A DNA stretch of 64,000 bases from Phallusia mammillata (Eukaryota): assembly GCA_965637545.1 (NCBI GenBank), contig OZ281498.1, positions 23,808,001-23,872,000 on the forward strand, in the 5' to 3' direction. Position numbers and translations under genes: made by a program. The notes below the pieces were generated by a model. It saw nothing but the letters and a program-made list of their open reading frames with translations, was not told where the DNA came from and did no database searches. Below, piece by piece: positions 47,881 to 60,489 of this stretch; position 1 is the stretch's first letter; each line of letters opens with the position of its first letter.

Positions 47881-49110
47881 TTAGCTTATAAAAACAGCAA
47901 GGAAAATAAAGTTACTATAATTGTGTTTATTTTCATGTAAAATAGAAACTAGTCTATCGCTAGAAACTGTAAAATATGGTTTACTCCTACGTAAGCCTAT
48001 TAACACTGTACACGGAGCTTGATAAAAGAATTCTGACATTAGAACGACAGCAATTGTCCCTGATATGGCAAACCGTATCACCGCATGTGAGGTCAATGTA
48101 AATTTTGTTTTTGCTGATGCCATCTGTAGTAAATTACCACTTGCGCATTTCTGTCCTATTTCCGTTCATTATAGTGGTCACCGCGAGCATTTTCTTACCA
48201 CATAACCACACTTTACGTACACCATTAGATATGTTTTCATCCGCTAATACAGGACAAAACTGGTCACTATTTCAACAAACCGAACTTCCAACTGACAAAA
48301 ACCTCTTACATCTAATGTCATCTCAAAATCGTACGTGCTTTTACACCATGATTTCTCACGTAACATTTCCACCGCCCCACATTACTTGTCCATCGCCAGA
48401 ATCAAGCGTTGTATGGTCGGTAAACAGATCCACGACACGTTTTGTTATCTTGTGTGGTATTTGCGCTTCTCTCATGTGAACAGTGGATACTTGTGTTGCT
48501 GCTAGGCCTGGTTTTGGCGTCCAAGTAGTTTGTAAAACACGGCTGATGACTTATTGATAACGTAACTCAAGTTACTGGAACTGTCGTGTCTTGCCTTTCT
48601 TGCAAATACAACTTAGTTTATTACTTCAAAAATTTATATTAGGAAATATTTTAATATTGCAAATTAATTAATACAAAAATACTGTATACGCATTTTTAGA
48701 GTATATTTTTTGCACATAATATCGTGTTTCTGAAACCAACAACACCGCTCAAGTTAAGCTGAAAAACTCACAAAATGGCTCGTTGCAAAACCATAATTAT
48801 CGGTCTATCAGCTAACCGAAACCCCAAGTGTGATTGGCGGGCGGTAATACCGCGATGGCTGTAGACAATTTTTATGCTGGCTTACTTCTATCTCACTGTA
48901 CATGTGGATAAAATTAGACGGCTTGTGTGTGGTCTTTTTTAATAACAGCTGATTCTTTAGCAGTTGTGTTTAACCTGCTGGCTGTCTATGTCAAACCGTT
49001 GGTCCGTCGCAATTGGCCGGTCGTTGAAGTAATTTTTGTTGGAAAGAACGTTGCTCAACTGATTCAGACAAATCTAGTTTACTTGTACACGATTTGCTTA
49101 TCAAACTTTT
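47881..49110 (-). pseudogene. Possible remote relic of the receptor family (exon-5-like 47881-48123, exon-4-like about 48920-49110)
   Basis: Phase-0 acceptor followed by MASAKTKFTLTSHAVIRFAISGTIAVVLMSEFFY (cf. A: TAKPKTSHA...ICISGTVLVVL), with a 13-nt exact match ccgcatgtgaggt. Upstream is a phase-2 acceptor with KSC and a frameshifted S/T-rich stretch. Confidence 0.35.
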
Positions 49111-52100
49111 AAACTTTTTATTCCAAACTAAACAAAGCCTTACAGCAGGGTGGAAATAATACTTGGCTAATGTTAATGAACGTTCTTTATTGTATGCTTG
49201 CAACGAATTTGCCAAACATTGTAATGAAATAGCAGCTTTCCTGAGCTTTTCTCAAAAGTGGGCAAAACATATCTTTTTATCAGACAGCGACAAGCTAATA
49301 CTTCGCTGGCAATAGCAAATGAAACTTGCATATAAAACACTTACTAGCTTTTATGTCCTTTAAATGCATTTCTTCTCTGCTACTGAATAATGGTAGCCCG
49401 TTTTTTTTTCTAGTTGCTTTCGATTGCGCAGCAAAAGCAGAACTATAAAAACTTAAACGATGCGGCCACAGCTGTTTAAGGTGCAGTAATTTTTGTGAAT
49501 AACAAGAGTGCAGGCGTGTTCGTATTGGCGAGGTTTTGCCACAGGCTTTACGGGATTTAAAACCGATCGATCTTTTTCAGCGAAAATCAGTTTTCGGTTT
49601 TTGGATACTTTTAACTTAACTCACGTTAATTCTCCTGACACCGTAAACTCTTAGTTTTTTAGATGTGATTTCGAAGTAGTAGGGCCTTTAAAGTGGTTGG
49701 TTCAGGAGTGCGCTTCGTGTGGTCAAAATATAACCCTTTCACTGAAGTCTTGCTGATAAATTGTGTTGGGATTTTATTAATTAGTTCCGATCAAGATTGA
49801 TTAAACAAAGCGTGTGTAAAACCCACTTGAAAATCTTCTAACCCTGAAATATTATCCTGATGAAGGCGTTTTGTTTATTACAAAAACTGCTGGAAGAGCA
49901 ATACTCGTGTAAACCTGAAATGTTTAACGCTATACGGCATCTTCTGTAACGCAGCAATCCTTATTCTGGAATGCCGCTGTCAACAACTTAACGGCACTTG
50001 GCTTCTCTATCCCGTATCGCTGTTATGTTTGCCTAATTCTCTCAAATTACGTCACCTGTCAGAATTCAATGATTCTTTCAACACATCAAGTCCAAAATTG
50101 CGCCTCTTTTCTCAGTTAAGACGAAATAATCTCCCAGACTTTCTCAACAAATCTACTATCTCGTATTCAAACTGTCCTCGCTGTGTATCCACGTAACGAA
50201 CACAGAACGCCTGCCCTTCGCGCACAATGATATATATTTCACCCAGTTTCAACAAAGTTCGCCTTGATATAATAGGTTGTTTACAAGGTTTGTATCGGTT
50301 TTGAGTACGGAATCTTGCTTTTGGCAAAGCCTATGACTCTTAGGTGACTTTTTAAACCTTGTTTTGTTGTGGTTGTATTTTTTAATCACGCTAATTAGGT
50401 TTCACAGCCTTTTCTTCGGTTGATGCTAAAATGTAAGACTTAAACTTTAATTATAACTGACATTTGGAACACACCTAATGCATCAATTGACTTTCTATCC
50501 TCGTTAAGCTTTGTTTCTGGCAAACTATAGTTAAAACTGCCACCTTACAATGCCAATGTTTTAAATACTAGTTGCTTAGATCAATAATTTTTCGCTTTTT
50601 CCGTTTAAAGTTTTTGACGAATATGTGTTCAGACAGTTTTCCATTATACGAAAAGCACATGTGCCATATTTGCAGCCAATCTCTGTTACTTATAACTTTC
50701 TGCTGCCTTAAGCCTCTCCACTGTAGCGTTCGCCTATAGGGCAGTACATGGAAGTGAAGAGGGTCCATGCCCTTTGAAATTATTTTCCGCTGATAAAGAA
50801 TATGTACAGTTTTTATGTGATTTTTTTGCCTGTTTTTCCTTTTTACAAACTTTTCTGGTTTTCTTCCCCTTATTCTGTTTTGGTAAACATCTATTTTTTT
50901 CTTAAAATGCCGCAGACTTTCAATTTAATGACAACTTGGACCCCCTTGCGCCAACTTTATTGACCCGGCCCTGGCTATTAGACAGTTGCGATCAATTAGG
51001 TGGTTGCGCGACCCGTAGTGTGATGGACAGTTGCTCCGAAGCCAACTGGATTAACGGAAAATAGGCTTAAAAAAGAACTAGGCTTCAGTAATAGGATTCG
51101 TTTTTGAGTTACATTGCAAAGGATAGCGGTTGATTGGGCTTTAAGGGCTTAGGATGGTCATCTGGATACATTTTGTATTCTCCGCTACTGTTTGCATAAC
51201 ATCTAGATATCCTATAACTATATTTACACCCATTTTAACGCACATTTTCCGCCCGTTGAATCACATTTTGTCAATAGAAAAGCATTGAACAATAGTATAG
51301 ATACTGGACCTACTTATTGGCAAATACCATGTTTTCTTATAAAACATCTTCATTTTATACAAAACTTGTTTATACAAATAAGTCCACCAACATGTTGGTA
51401 ACACAGTTTTGCTAGAGCTCAAGCACTTCTTACAATGCTAAACATCACGCAAGATTAAATACAACTAATATTCTAAGATCCGAACCAGTGTACTTGTTAA
51501 TTATAAAAGCTATGATAAAATCTGATACTTGCCACAAAACGGTTCTTTTAAACTAAAACAAGCGATTCCCAGAATAACCTTATTGTAAGAAACCTCGTTT
51601 TTAAAGGTTTCTGTTGACTTAAGATGTGAAAAAGTATTTGCAAACAAATGGTGTTCTTAAACTGTTAGCTCTCTTTTACCAGGCTTTGTGCAATATATCG
51701 TTTGCTTAAGCTCAAATTTGAAACCATTACACCCAAAATACTAAGAAATTGGTTTGGAAGCAAACTTGTAATCAGATAAAAGTACAAAATCGCTCACTAA
51801 ATTCAATCTCCATCTACAATCTTTTGTTTGCGAACCTGTGCGACGCGACAAGAATGGCCAGTCCAACGCAAATCTAACAGCTTTATTGTCATTTGCTTTT
51901 CTTGTGTGTATTCAGTGGTGCAGAAGTTTTGACTGAACCAAAACTGTTATTGTCTATTTTCGTGGGATAGTTTGCGATGTCAGGTCTAGTATTTTGTGCA
52001 AACCGCTTTTCTCTGTTACTTTTGTCGTGAAATTCGAACCCACGACAGAAAACCGCGCGTGTCTGTCTGTGGAACCTAATCTTCGCATGTTGTCGGCGCA

Positions 52101-54192
52101 ACTGCCTTAAATTTGACTGACACGCCGCTCACTTCTACCAGCAATACAACATTGACTTCTTGCTTGAAACTTTGCACAACCGTGCCCATGCAACATGCTT
52201 TGTTTTGACTAGTCGCGGCCCAAACCAGTTTATGTTTTACCCCAACTAGCAGCTTCTGGATATTAGGTGGCATAATATAAGTTAGGAGAAGCTCTTGTTT
52301 CTGATTAACTGAGGCATGCTTTCACGCAACTGTAGCTACGAACGAAGATTCAGACTTTGTTTGGTTAAAGCAATGTTTGAAATAGATGCAAAGTATAAAC
52401 AATACATAGTCACGTTTCTCAACTATTTTTCATCCACCAACTACTTAAACTGAAAGTATGTTTTGGCCGAATTTAGGTCGAACCCGAAAGTACAAGACCA
52501 CAACCTCAATCTAACGAGATTTTTTCCCGAACGAAACTTGAATTTGGCCATAAAATTGGTGCATCTGCGGCACAAATGAAGCTGAGCGTCTCACTAAAAT
52601 CCAAGCCTGAACTAAAACCCGACCCGAAAAGCCCGGTCCGACTTACCGTGTTAATCTAATGTATCGTATGACTAAACCACGGAACAAATTTTAAAATGCC
52701 TGTTTCAAAGCCTTGGTTCAAAAATGGGCTGCTGAAAAGCCTTGGTTCAACTTTGAACCCCTATTTACAAGTGTTCACTTATTACTTTGATAACCCCGAG
52801 CATTTGCCAGTGTAGATTTAATTGAGAACGACCAGGGGCACGTCGGTCGTAGGTGTGCTACTTGCGCCTCTAGTGACCGTCGTGAACGTGACGTCATATG
52901 TTTGTTGTTCCGTTAACTATAGAGGTGGCGCATGGCTCAAAAACTCTACAAACTGTGTGTCTCCAATGCGTGACTTTAAAATTGATGTTTTAATTGTCAA
53001 AGCTTATTGATAACAAAAAATTTTCGCGTCAAAAGCCGTCAGTGACTTAAAACATTTGCTAATATCCTAATTAATGACATTATAATATCATCGCATTTAA
53101 AGCAGAGCTAAAGGTAGCTTTTCACTGTTCGTTAGGAGATGAATGGTTCATATGGCTAATTATAGTCAGTTTATAATTCGAATATATTTTGTGTAGGATT
53201 GTCAAGCCATACAGTATAGGAAATCATGTATAGATTTTGATACAAAACTTGGGGCCACGGCGACTTAACGTTAAAATGAAACAAATCAAAGAAATACATT
53301 GTTTTCACTCACCAGCCGCATCGCTTATGTATTTTCTCCGCTGTTGTTTTCCTTCGCACAAGTCGATCACATTTCGCTGATTTTCATCTCTTCTTGACGT
53401 CACCACGGAGTCAAAATACCCCCTCGTCATTTTTAAAGTCATTTGTCCCCTTCCGCAGTAATAACTAATACTTGGTTCTCTGCAGACAAAAGGTATTGCT
53501 CAGTTGAGGCAATGTTTATACATTAGGAAATTTAGTGCCACATTTTAGGCACTGCACTCGGCAAAACCTTGTAGTTGATAAACTCAGAACCACTTCTTAT
53601 GCCAGTGACCTAAATCTTTATTACTTTCTTCGCTTTTGTAAATAAAACTGAGTAGACTCAACTAAAAAGTTTTATAGTAAAAAACAATTTTTTGACACAA
53701 TAGATGTCTTTCTTTCCCGCTCTTCGAGTTTATACGTTGCCTGATAAGGAATTTGTTCTGTGAAGTTGGTAATTCACTTATTAAACCACAATCTTCAATT
53801 TTTTATGAGTGAAACCACTCACGTCGAAGTGCCTGACACTTATTTATTAAAACCTAGCGAGAGATCATGCTTCTGAGCTACCGAATTACCGCCAGCTAAA
53901 ACTATACCCGCCATTTGGAACCACCAATTCCGTGGCGTATAAACCTCTTGCCTACGTGCGTCATAATCCCACGTCACAACCCCCCTGTTTACATCGATTG
54001 TGACACCTGAAACCGAAATCGTTTTAAACGTCACAAGTCGTGAAGTAGTGATTTAATGGAAAGTCACCACGCACATACAACAAACTCCATTTTTATCTTG
54101 CGTGTAAACAATACCTAAGTTGCGAGTTAGTTCAGCTTTCCTTGTATTGGTAGAAATCCGCTTTGAAATTAGTTACAGATGTCCACCTCAAG

Positions 54193-54504
54193 CAGTGGTT
54201 CTCAACCTTATACGGATCGCGTACCACCTGACAACTTTTTCTATCGTTGCTTACAACCTAAACCCTGTTTGAATGGATAGACCAAAAAACAGGCCTATTT
54301 TCTCGACCCGACTAGCATATTTAGCTATTTCAAACGAATGTCCAAAACACAAGTTTCGTCCAAATCAGGGCTGACCGGTTGAGTCAGTTGAGTTGCAATT
54401 TTAAATGGGACTTAAATTAGGTATCACAGAAAGCTACTCGCGTACCACCTGAAAAGTTCCGGCGTACCACTAGTGATACGCGTACCACAGTTTGAGAACC
54501 ACTG
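54193..54504. mobile_element. hAT/Charlie-type MITE
   Basis: TIR cagtggttctcaa / ttgagaaccactg; TSD acctcaag/acctaaag; internal cgcgtaccac repeats. Confidence 0.85.
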
Positions 54505-55072
54505 ACCTAAAGTATCCAAGATTTTTGCCCGATTTTAAGTGACACTTTGATTTGGACAATTTCAAACGCATTACCGAACTTTTTGAGTTTGTTAGGCTTT
54601 AATTAGTGTTTTTAAACAAATCCAGGGCAATAAATCTAAAAAATTCCACGAACAACAAAAAATATCAACAATTCAAAAATCAATTGCAGCGAATTGTCTA
54701 AATCGCGCCCTTTATTGCCGCGTAAACTCAACATGACCTTTGAATGTTGTTCCAGCAATTGGGATCTGGCCAGTTATATTCGTCATGACGTAACGCCCTC
54801 ACATTCAGATCTCCAGTGACGTAGGAACAGTGAACCATTACACGGCATCTTAACCTCAAGGCTATGATCCCCAACTGCGGTGTAGTTTCACGCACAAAAC
54901 AAATTCCAGTGTAAGAAAACCCTGCTGTTTTACCTTTAACTTAATACGTTGGTGAAGAGCCTCTCCTTCATAAAATATCCTCGAATGTTTGTAAGATAGA
55001 GTGTTAGCACACACCAAAGCCCCCGAACATTATAACTCTTATCAAACTGCTGTCAAACCGGTTACACTAGCC

Positions 55073-55586
55073 CAGGGGTGGCCAACCCGCGGCTCGCGAG
55101 CCTCATGCGGCTCTTTGCCTGGTTTCATGCGGCTCTTAGGTTGTTGTCGAAGTTTGGGGCCACTGCGGATATCTTGGTTAGTTTGAGGCGATCTGGTACG
55201 GAAATCGTTAAATTTGAAGTAAAGCTATGACAATTTTGCTTGCCTTGAAACTGCAACCTTATGTGGCAAATTTGCTTGATTATGATGACAAATATTCAAT
55301 TGTTGAACAATGAATGATTGCTCATTGTTGCGTACAATGCGAATGAGACACAAAGCAACAGCAATATTGCAACGTGTTCCAAAATAAATAACAATCCATT
55401 GTTTTTCGGGTTATGATGAACTTACAAGTCACTATTATGTTGGTGTGCGTTTTAGAATAAATCTAGCTAAGCACAGGTCTCTGTGTGTAAGGAAATGAAC
55501 ATGTGTGCCCATGTGTATAATGCGGCTCTTTGTGGTAACATAGTAAAAAAATTGGCTCTTAGGCTTTGACCGGTTGGCCACCCCTG
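55073..55586. mobile_element. hAT-type MITE
   Basis: TIR caggggtggccaacc / ggttggccacccctg; perfect 8-bp TSD cactagcc; internal atgcggctc repeats. Confidence 0.92.
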
Positions 55587-58500
55587 CACTAGCCAATACA
55601 ACTTATGCCTTGTCACCAGCTGTACTGATTAGTTAGACCTTATAGGTAAATTACTTATCATTTATTGGCTCGATGCTTTTTTATGTGTTTTTTTTTTAAC
55701 TTTTATTGACACTGATAAGACTGACTGCTGAAAATATTGCACCAAATTGATGTTGTTTAAAACATTTAAGCCTTGTATTGCCTATCAATTACAGTAATTA
55801 ACGTAGCTTAACCAATGTAATTGAGATCTATGTGTTTTTCTGACTGTATACCCATCGTTAAAAACCAAAATACATGTCTTTTTTTCTCGCATGGTTACTT
55901 GATAAAAACTTTTCGTGTCATCCTTAAAAAATCTAAACTTTATTTCTTAACCCTCTTTATGCTGATGGTGTCCCCAAAAAGAAAAATTGTTTTACCCATC
56001 AAATAGCATTAAAACTGGTTTGTGAAAAGATACAACATTAGCTTCAAAGACCGATGTAAGATGTTTTTTATTTTAATGCGAGTTAGTTGTTAATATATGG
56101 GTTTTACTTTTATTTTTATAACACAGGTTCACGCAGTTGTTAGTTATGTTATCGACGTTGCGATAACATTATTGGTGCCATATTGTTAAAAAAATGAAAT
56201 CTGAGTTGCTTTTGTTTTAAACTCTTCTAAAACGCCAAAAATTGAACAGTGTATTGGTTGTTTGTTGTCCTTACTTACCGCTTCTATAGCTTCTCTGATA
56301 CCTTACCACTGCACACACCTGCATACTGTATTATGGAGCTTAGTTGTGGAATATGCGGCGGCTTCGTTCCGCACGTCTACAACTACTGGGAATTTTAAAA
56401 TCGCATTAGCCTCTTTTAACACCTTCACTAATCTAGACTTTACAAAACCCCATAGTCACGAGTAACAACCAAAAAACGCATCTCAGACCTTGCTTTGCTG
56501 TAGCTCGCAATCTCTTGAAATGCCTAACTTATATTGTGTTAATTGCTAACTTTAAATCATGACGTTTCTTTTTACTTAAAAACTGGCATTAAACGCCCCT
56601 TAAAAATGTTTTTATTGCTTATGCTTGTCGCATTTGACCACAAAAAAACTGTCAAAAACTTTTGTTAAAGATATTTTCCACCAGCCAAGAGCAATAAATA
56701 GCGCACACTTCCGAAGCTGTCTGGCGTACATCTCTATCTCGCCTTGCTAATTTAATTTGCGCATGTATTAGCTGGACTTCGCCTGTCGTCAAGCAGACAA
56801 CCCTTCCAAACGGCATTTACATCGATTCGTTTAGATAGGGCACCAGTATCTACAAACAGGCATTGATTTTTGTGGCTCTGTTGTTGTTATGGGGACCTGG
56901 GGTTCCTTGGGTAATTTGCAGTCTTGTAGAGAACTCTCTTTAATATGGCCTTATTACATTGGCGGCTTTGTATCTTTTACGCGGGTTTTTTTAACAAGCT
57001 TTATGAAACAAACTGTAGAGTTTGTAACGTGAACCATCTGTCTACCAAGGTAAATTACAAAAAAAAAAAAAAACGTTTTGCAGTTAAAGACTGTTGGTAA
57101 TCACTGACTATAACACAAGAAATTAAAGTAAACCAATACTTAGTGTCAGTATTTAAATCATATCGATTCTGCAATGTCAAAGTACTTTGTTTTAGATCGA
57201 TCGGTTGTAATTGCGCCAGTTATTTTTTCATTCACGAGGGACAGACAGCGACCATACGCTGGTGTCTACTCAATTTTTCCAACTAGTCGTCTCATTTTTT
57301 TTCAAAAACAATGCCTTGTATCGGCGATATTTTTTGTTAATAAAATTCAGAGATTGGGGTTGCTGGGTGTTTTAAACCCTGATAATCTTAGGTCGATATT
57401 TTTTAAAAGGATGACGTCACGAATCATGACGTCACGCTCCTGAAACTGATATTTTGCAATAAAATGTGACATGAGCAAAACGTTACAATACAACACAAGT
57501 CACTGCTCATAAAATGTCTTTGATTAACACATCTTAAGTACTTGTCAATTACAACCCCTCATTCAGTTCTCCTGATAGGAGGCGACGTCACGAATCTACC
57601 AGTGACGTAATGCTCTTAGCTTGTTGACGGCAGACATGCTTTAAAAACGTAACCTGGACCCGCACCGACGCTTTTAGACGTAAGTAGAAAAACTACGCCT
57701 ATCTCTACGAATCGATATAAAGACACAGTTGAATGAGCTTGTTTTGCCGCGTGTGTTTAACTTTTCTTGAACACAGCGCTCAAGGCATAAATAATTAACA
57801 CATCAATTTTTGTCGCTTGGTGAAAACATGTTCTCTGTCAGCCCATGGAAATTTCTCATTTCTTGTGATGGCGTCACTCTTAATTCTGACATTTGTTTTT
57901 ACCAGTCTAATCGAAATTACGTCAGCAGGCTGGTTGCCGTAGATAACATAACCTGGTTAGTAAATTTAATTACAAGTTTTACGATTTTTACTCGTTGGCT
58001 TCAACAAAACAAATAATACAGTCACCCGAATAAGCCCAATTTCGACAAAAAAATTGACGCCAACAAGAATTGCACCTCTTAGAATTAGATACTAACCGAG
58101 AAATACTTGATTGTTTTATTCTGAAATTTGTGGTCGTGTTTCAAAATCCGGCACGATTTTTGTGTTGTATGTGCGTATTTGAATTAGCTGTGACAATTCG
58201 AGCAGATGAGTGATGTTTTGCTACTTTATGGTTGCTGTGTTACTTAACCACAAGGTTATAATCCTGATTTTAGAGTTTTGTCCTGAAAAAGCCTATTTTG
58301 TTCATCTGGAAAACATGCGTTGGTGAAATTCGGTTGAATTGTTTTCTACATCGTAAGTCGTTTTGACCTTTGTGACTTGTAGTGTGACCAACTTTTCTGG
58401 ACAATAGGTTGTCGATTTGTTTTTTTACATTCGATCAGTTTCGTATCTTTCTTATGAAAAGTTTTATTTATTCTGGACATTCATGTATTCAAGTTAACCA

Positions 58501-60489
58501 TTGAAAGGCTGGCTCTGTTTCAGAACATCGATTTTGTTGATTACTTTTGATTTTCGCGCCTTTCCTCATGAAGTTTAAAACAGACAAAAAAGAAAAAGTA
58601 TGGTTGCCGCGCTTAGAAAATGCTTAATTCGGGTAATACTGATTCAAGTCAGTTGCCGACATATGGCAAGGCCTAGGCAAGAAAAATTTGTCATAACGCC
58701 TACCATAGGTCTGACATATTATGATTTGAATATGGGTATGTCTTGATCGCTGGTTTACATGAACGCTTAAAGGCTAATCCCAGTCTGCCCAGGAATTCAT
58801 GATCATCTTGGCACAATAAACTAGCATTTTTTGCTTTACTGTTCTGTGTGCACTTAACTGTTTTTTTTTTCTGTCTTATATCCTCAGCTTAATAATTCAA
58901 ATACAGACTTCACCGTTTATTTCAGTAACATGCGAGCAACAATTGGGCGAGTTGTGTGTGATTAGTTATATACAGGGGATCACGTGCATATTAGTAATTG
59001 CGAAAAAAGCTTGTTAAGTTTCACTACAAAGCAAGTTATACCGAACGATTTCAACAAAGTCGGAGCAGTAATACATTTTGACATCACTCTGACGTCAGCA
59101 GGGGTTGCGTCATGTCGATAGATGACGTCACGATTGTTTGTTTCTTGTTTTCGAAAGTAAATTGCACTTTACGGCCAAATTTTGGGCGTTTTTATATATT
59201 TGAGATGTTGTTTTTGCATGTAATGTAAACTGGCATTCGAATTGAAGTGAGTAACAAGTTTATGATGACGTTATTTATCAAACAGAGAGTGTTTGTGATG
59301 TCACTAACCGACTCGCGAGAGTACCAACTCGTTTTTTGTACCCGCGTTTACACAATGCCCGAACTACGTTATTTCGCAAGCGTAATATACAATAAGATTT
59401 TGCATAGAAGTTCGGATTAATGTGTTTCTACACTTGTCGCTTCCCGAAAACAAATCCACCAATCGCTTCTGGGGCAAAATTTAGCTTCTTAAAACATTCT
59501 TTCTGATGCATGAGCGTGACAACTTTTTTGAATACATCTACATTGGACATAGATAATGTCCAAAGCGTTTGCTTTTGTTGCTATAATGCTATGGACTGAT
59601 AAGTGCAGACGGATAACCAACAAGAAACAGCAAAATATACAAAGTCAGCTCCATTGAAATGTGGAGGGCCGACACCCATATTTGTACATATTACGAGATG
59701 CATAGATTAAAGTACTTAAGGTTTTGAAGATTTGTGTTGTAAATGCGTGGGCTGTTTTTAAAGTGGTGGTTTTTTTAACACAGGATTGTCGTTAGTGTTT
59801 GTACAAGTAACAGTTTTTAACTTGTGGTAAAAGTTTCTGACAGAAATTCAATTTCAATATATTCCATACACATAACTAGACGCGCTAGCACTATCGGTTT
59901 TCATGAGCGTGCATCGGTTTTCATGAGCGCTGTACAAATGATTAAACCACACGCATAATAAAACAGCTCAAAAACACTATTGAAGCACAATGCAGAATTA
60001 TGTGCATATATAAACGGCTCCTTGTGCATCGTTTTCCAATTTTAATACGGATTTCGTAAACAGCTGTATACAATCAACCTTAGAAGTTGTTGCAATTTGT
60101 TGGGACGTGATCTAGCTAAGAACTGGCTAAGAAACCCGAATTTAATGTGCAAAGTAGACGAGTTAAACAAAACAGGGTGGAGTAAGATATACTAAAACCG
60201 CCTTTATGTAAATGTTTGGGTGAAGAATTAAAGAAGGCGGACAAACAAAATTAAACATTTAACATAATGCAACAGTGCACCAGCAATTGTTCTTCCCCAT
60301 TAAAAACAAGGTCAATTGCTTCAAACTACACCAGTTGTCTTGGTGTGTAATTACTGTAGCGCCTGTGCAACTATACAGCTATGCTATAAAAAGCACTAAG
60401 AACAATAAATGCGGTAAAATACTTGGCGTGATATGTAGCTGCCTTGCAAAAGCTGGTGATACGCAAAGCGCTGTGGTCAGGCTTGTGAC

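Noticed and set aside
52860-52935. Two CTCF-like words in inverted arrangement
   Set aside because: Partial matches only; a similar word occurs in local repeats.
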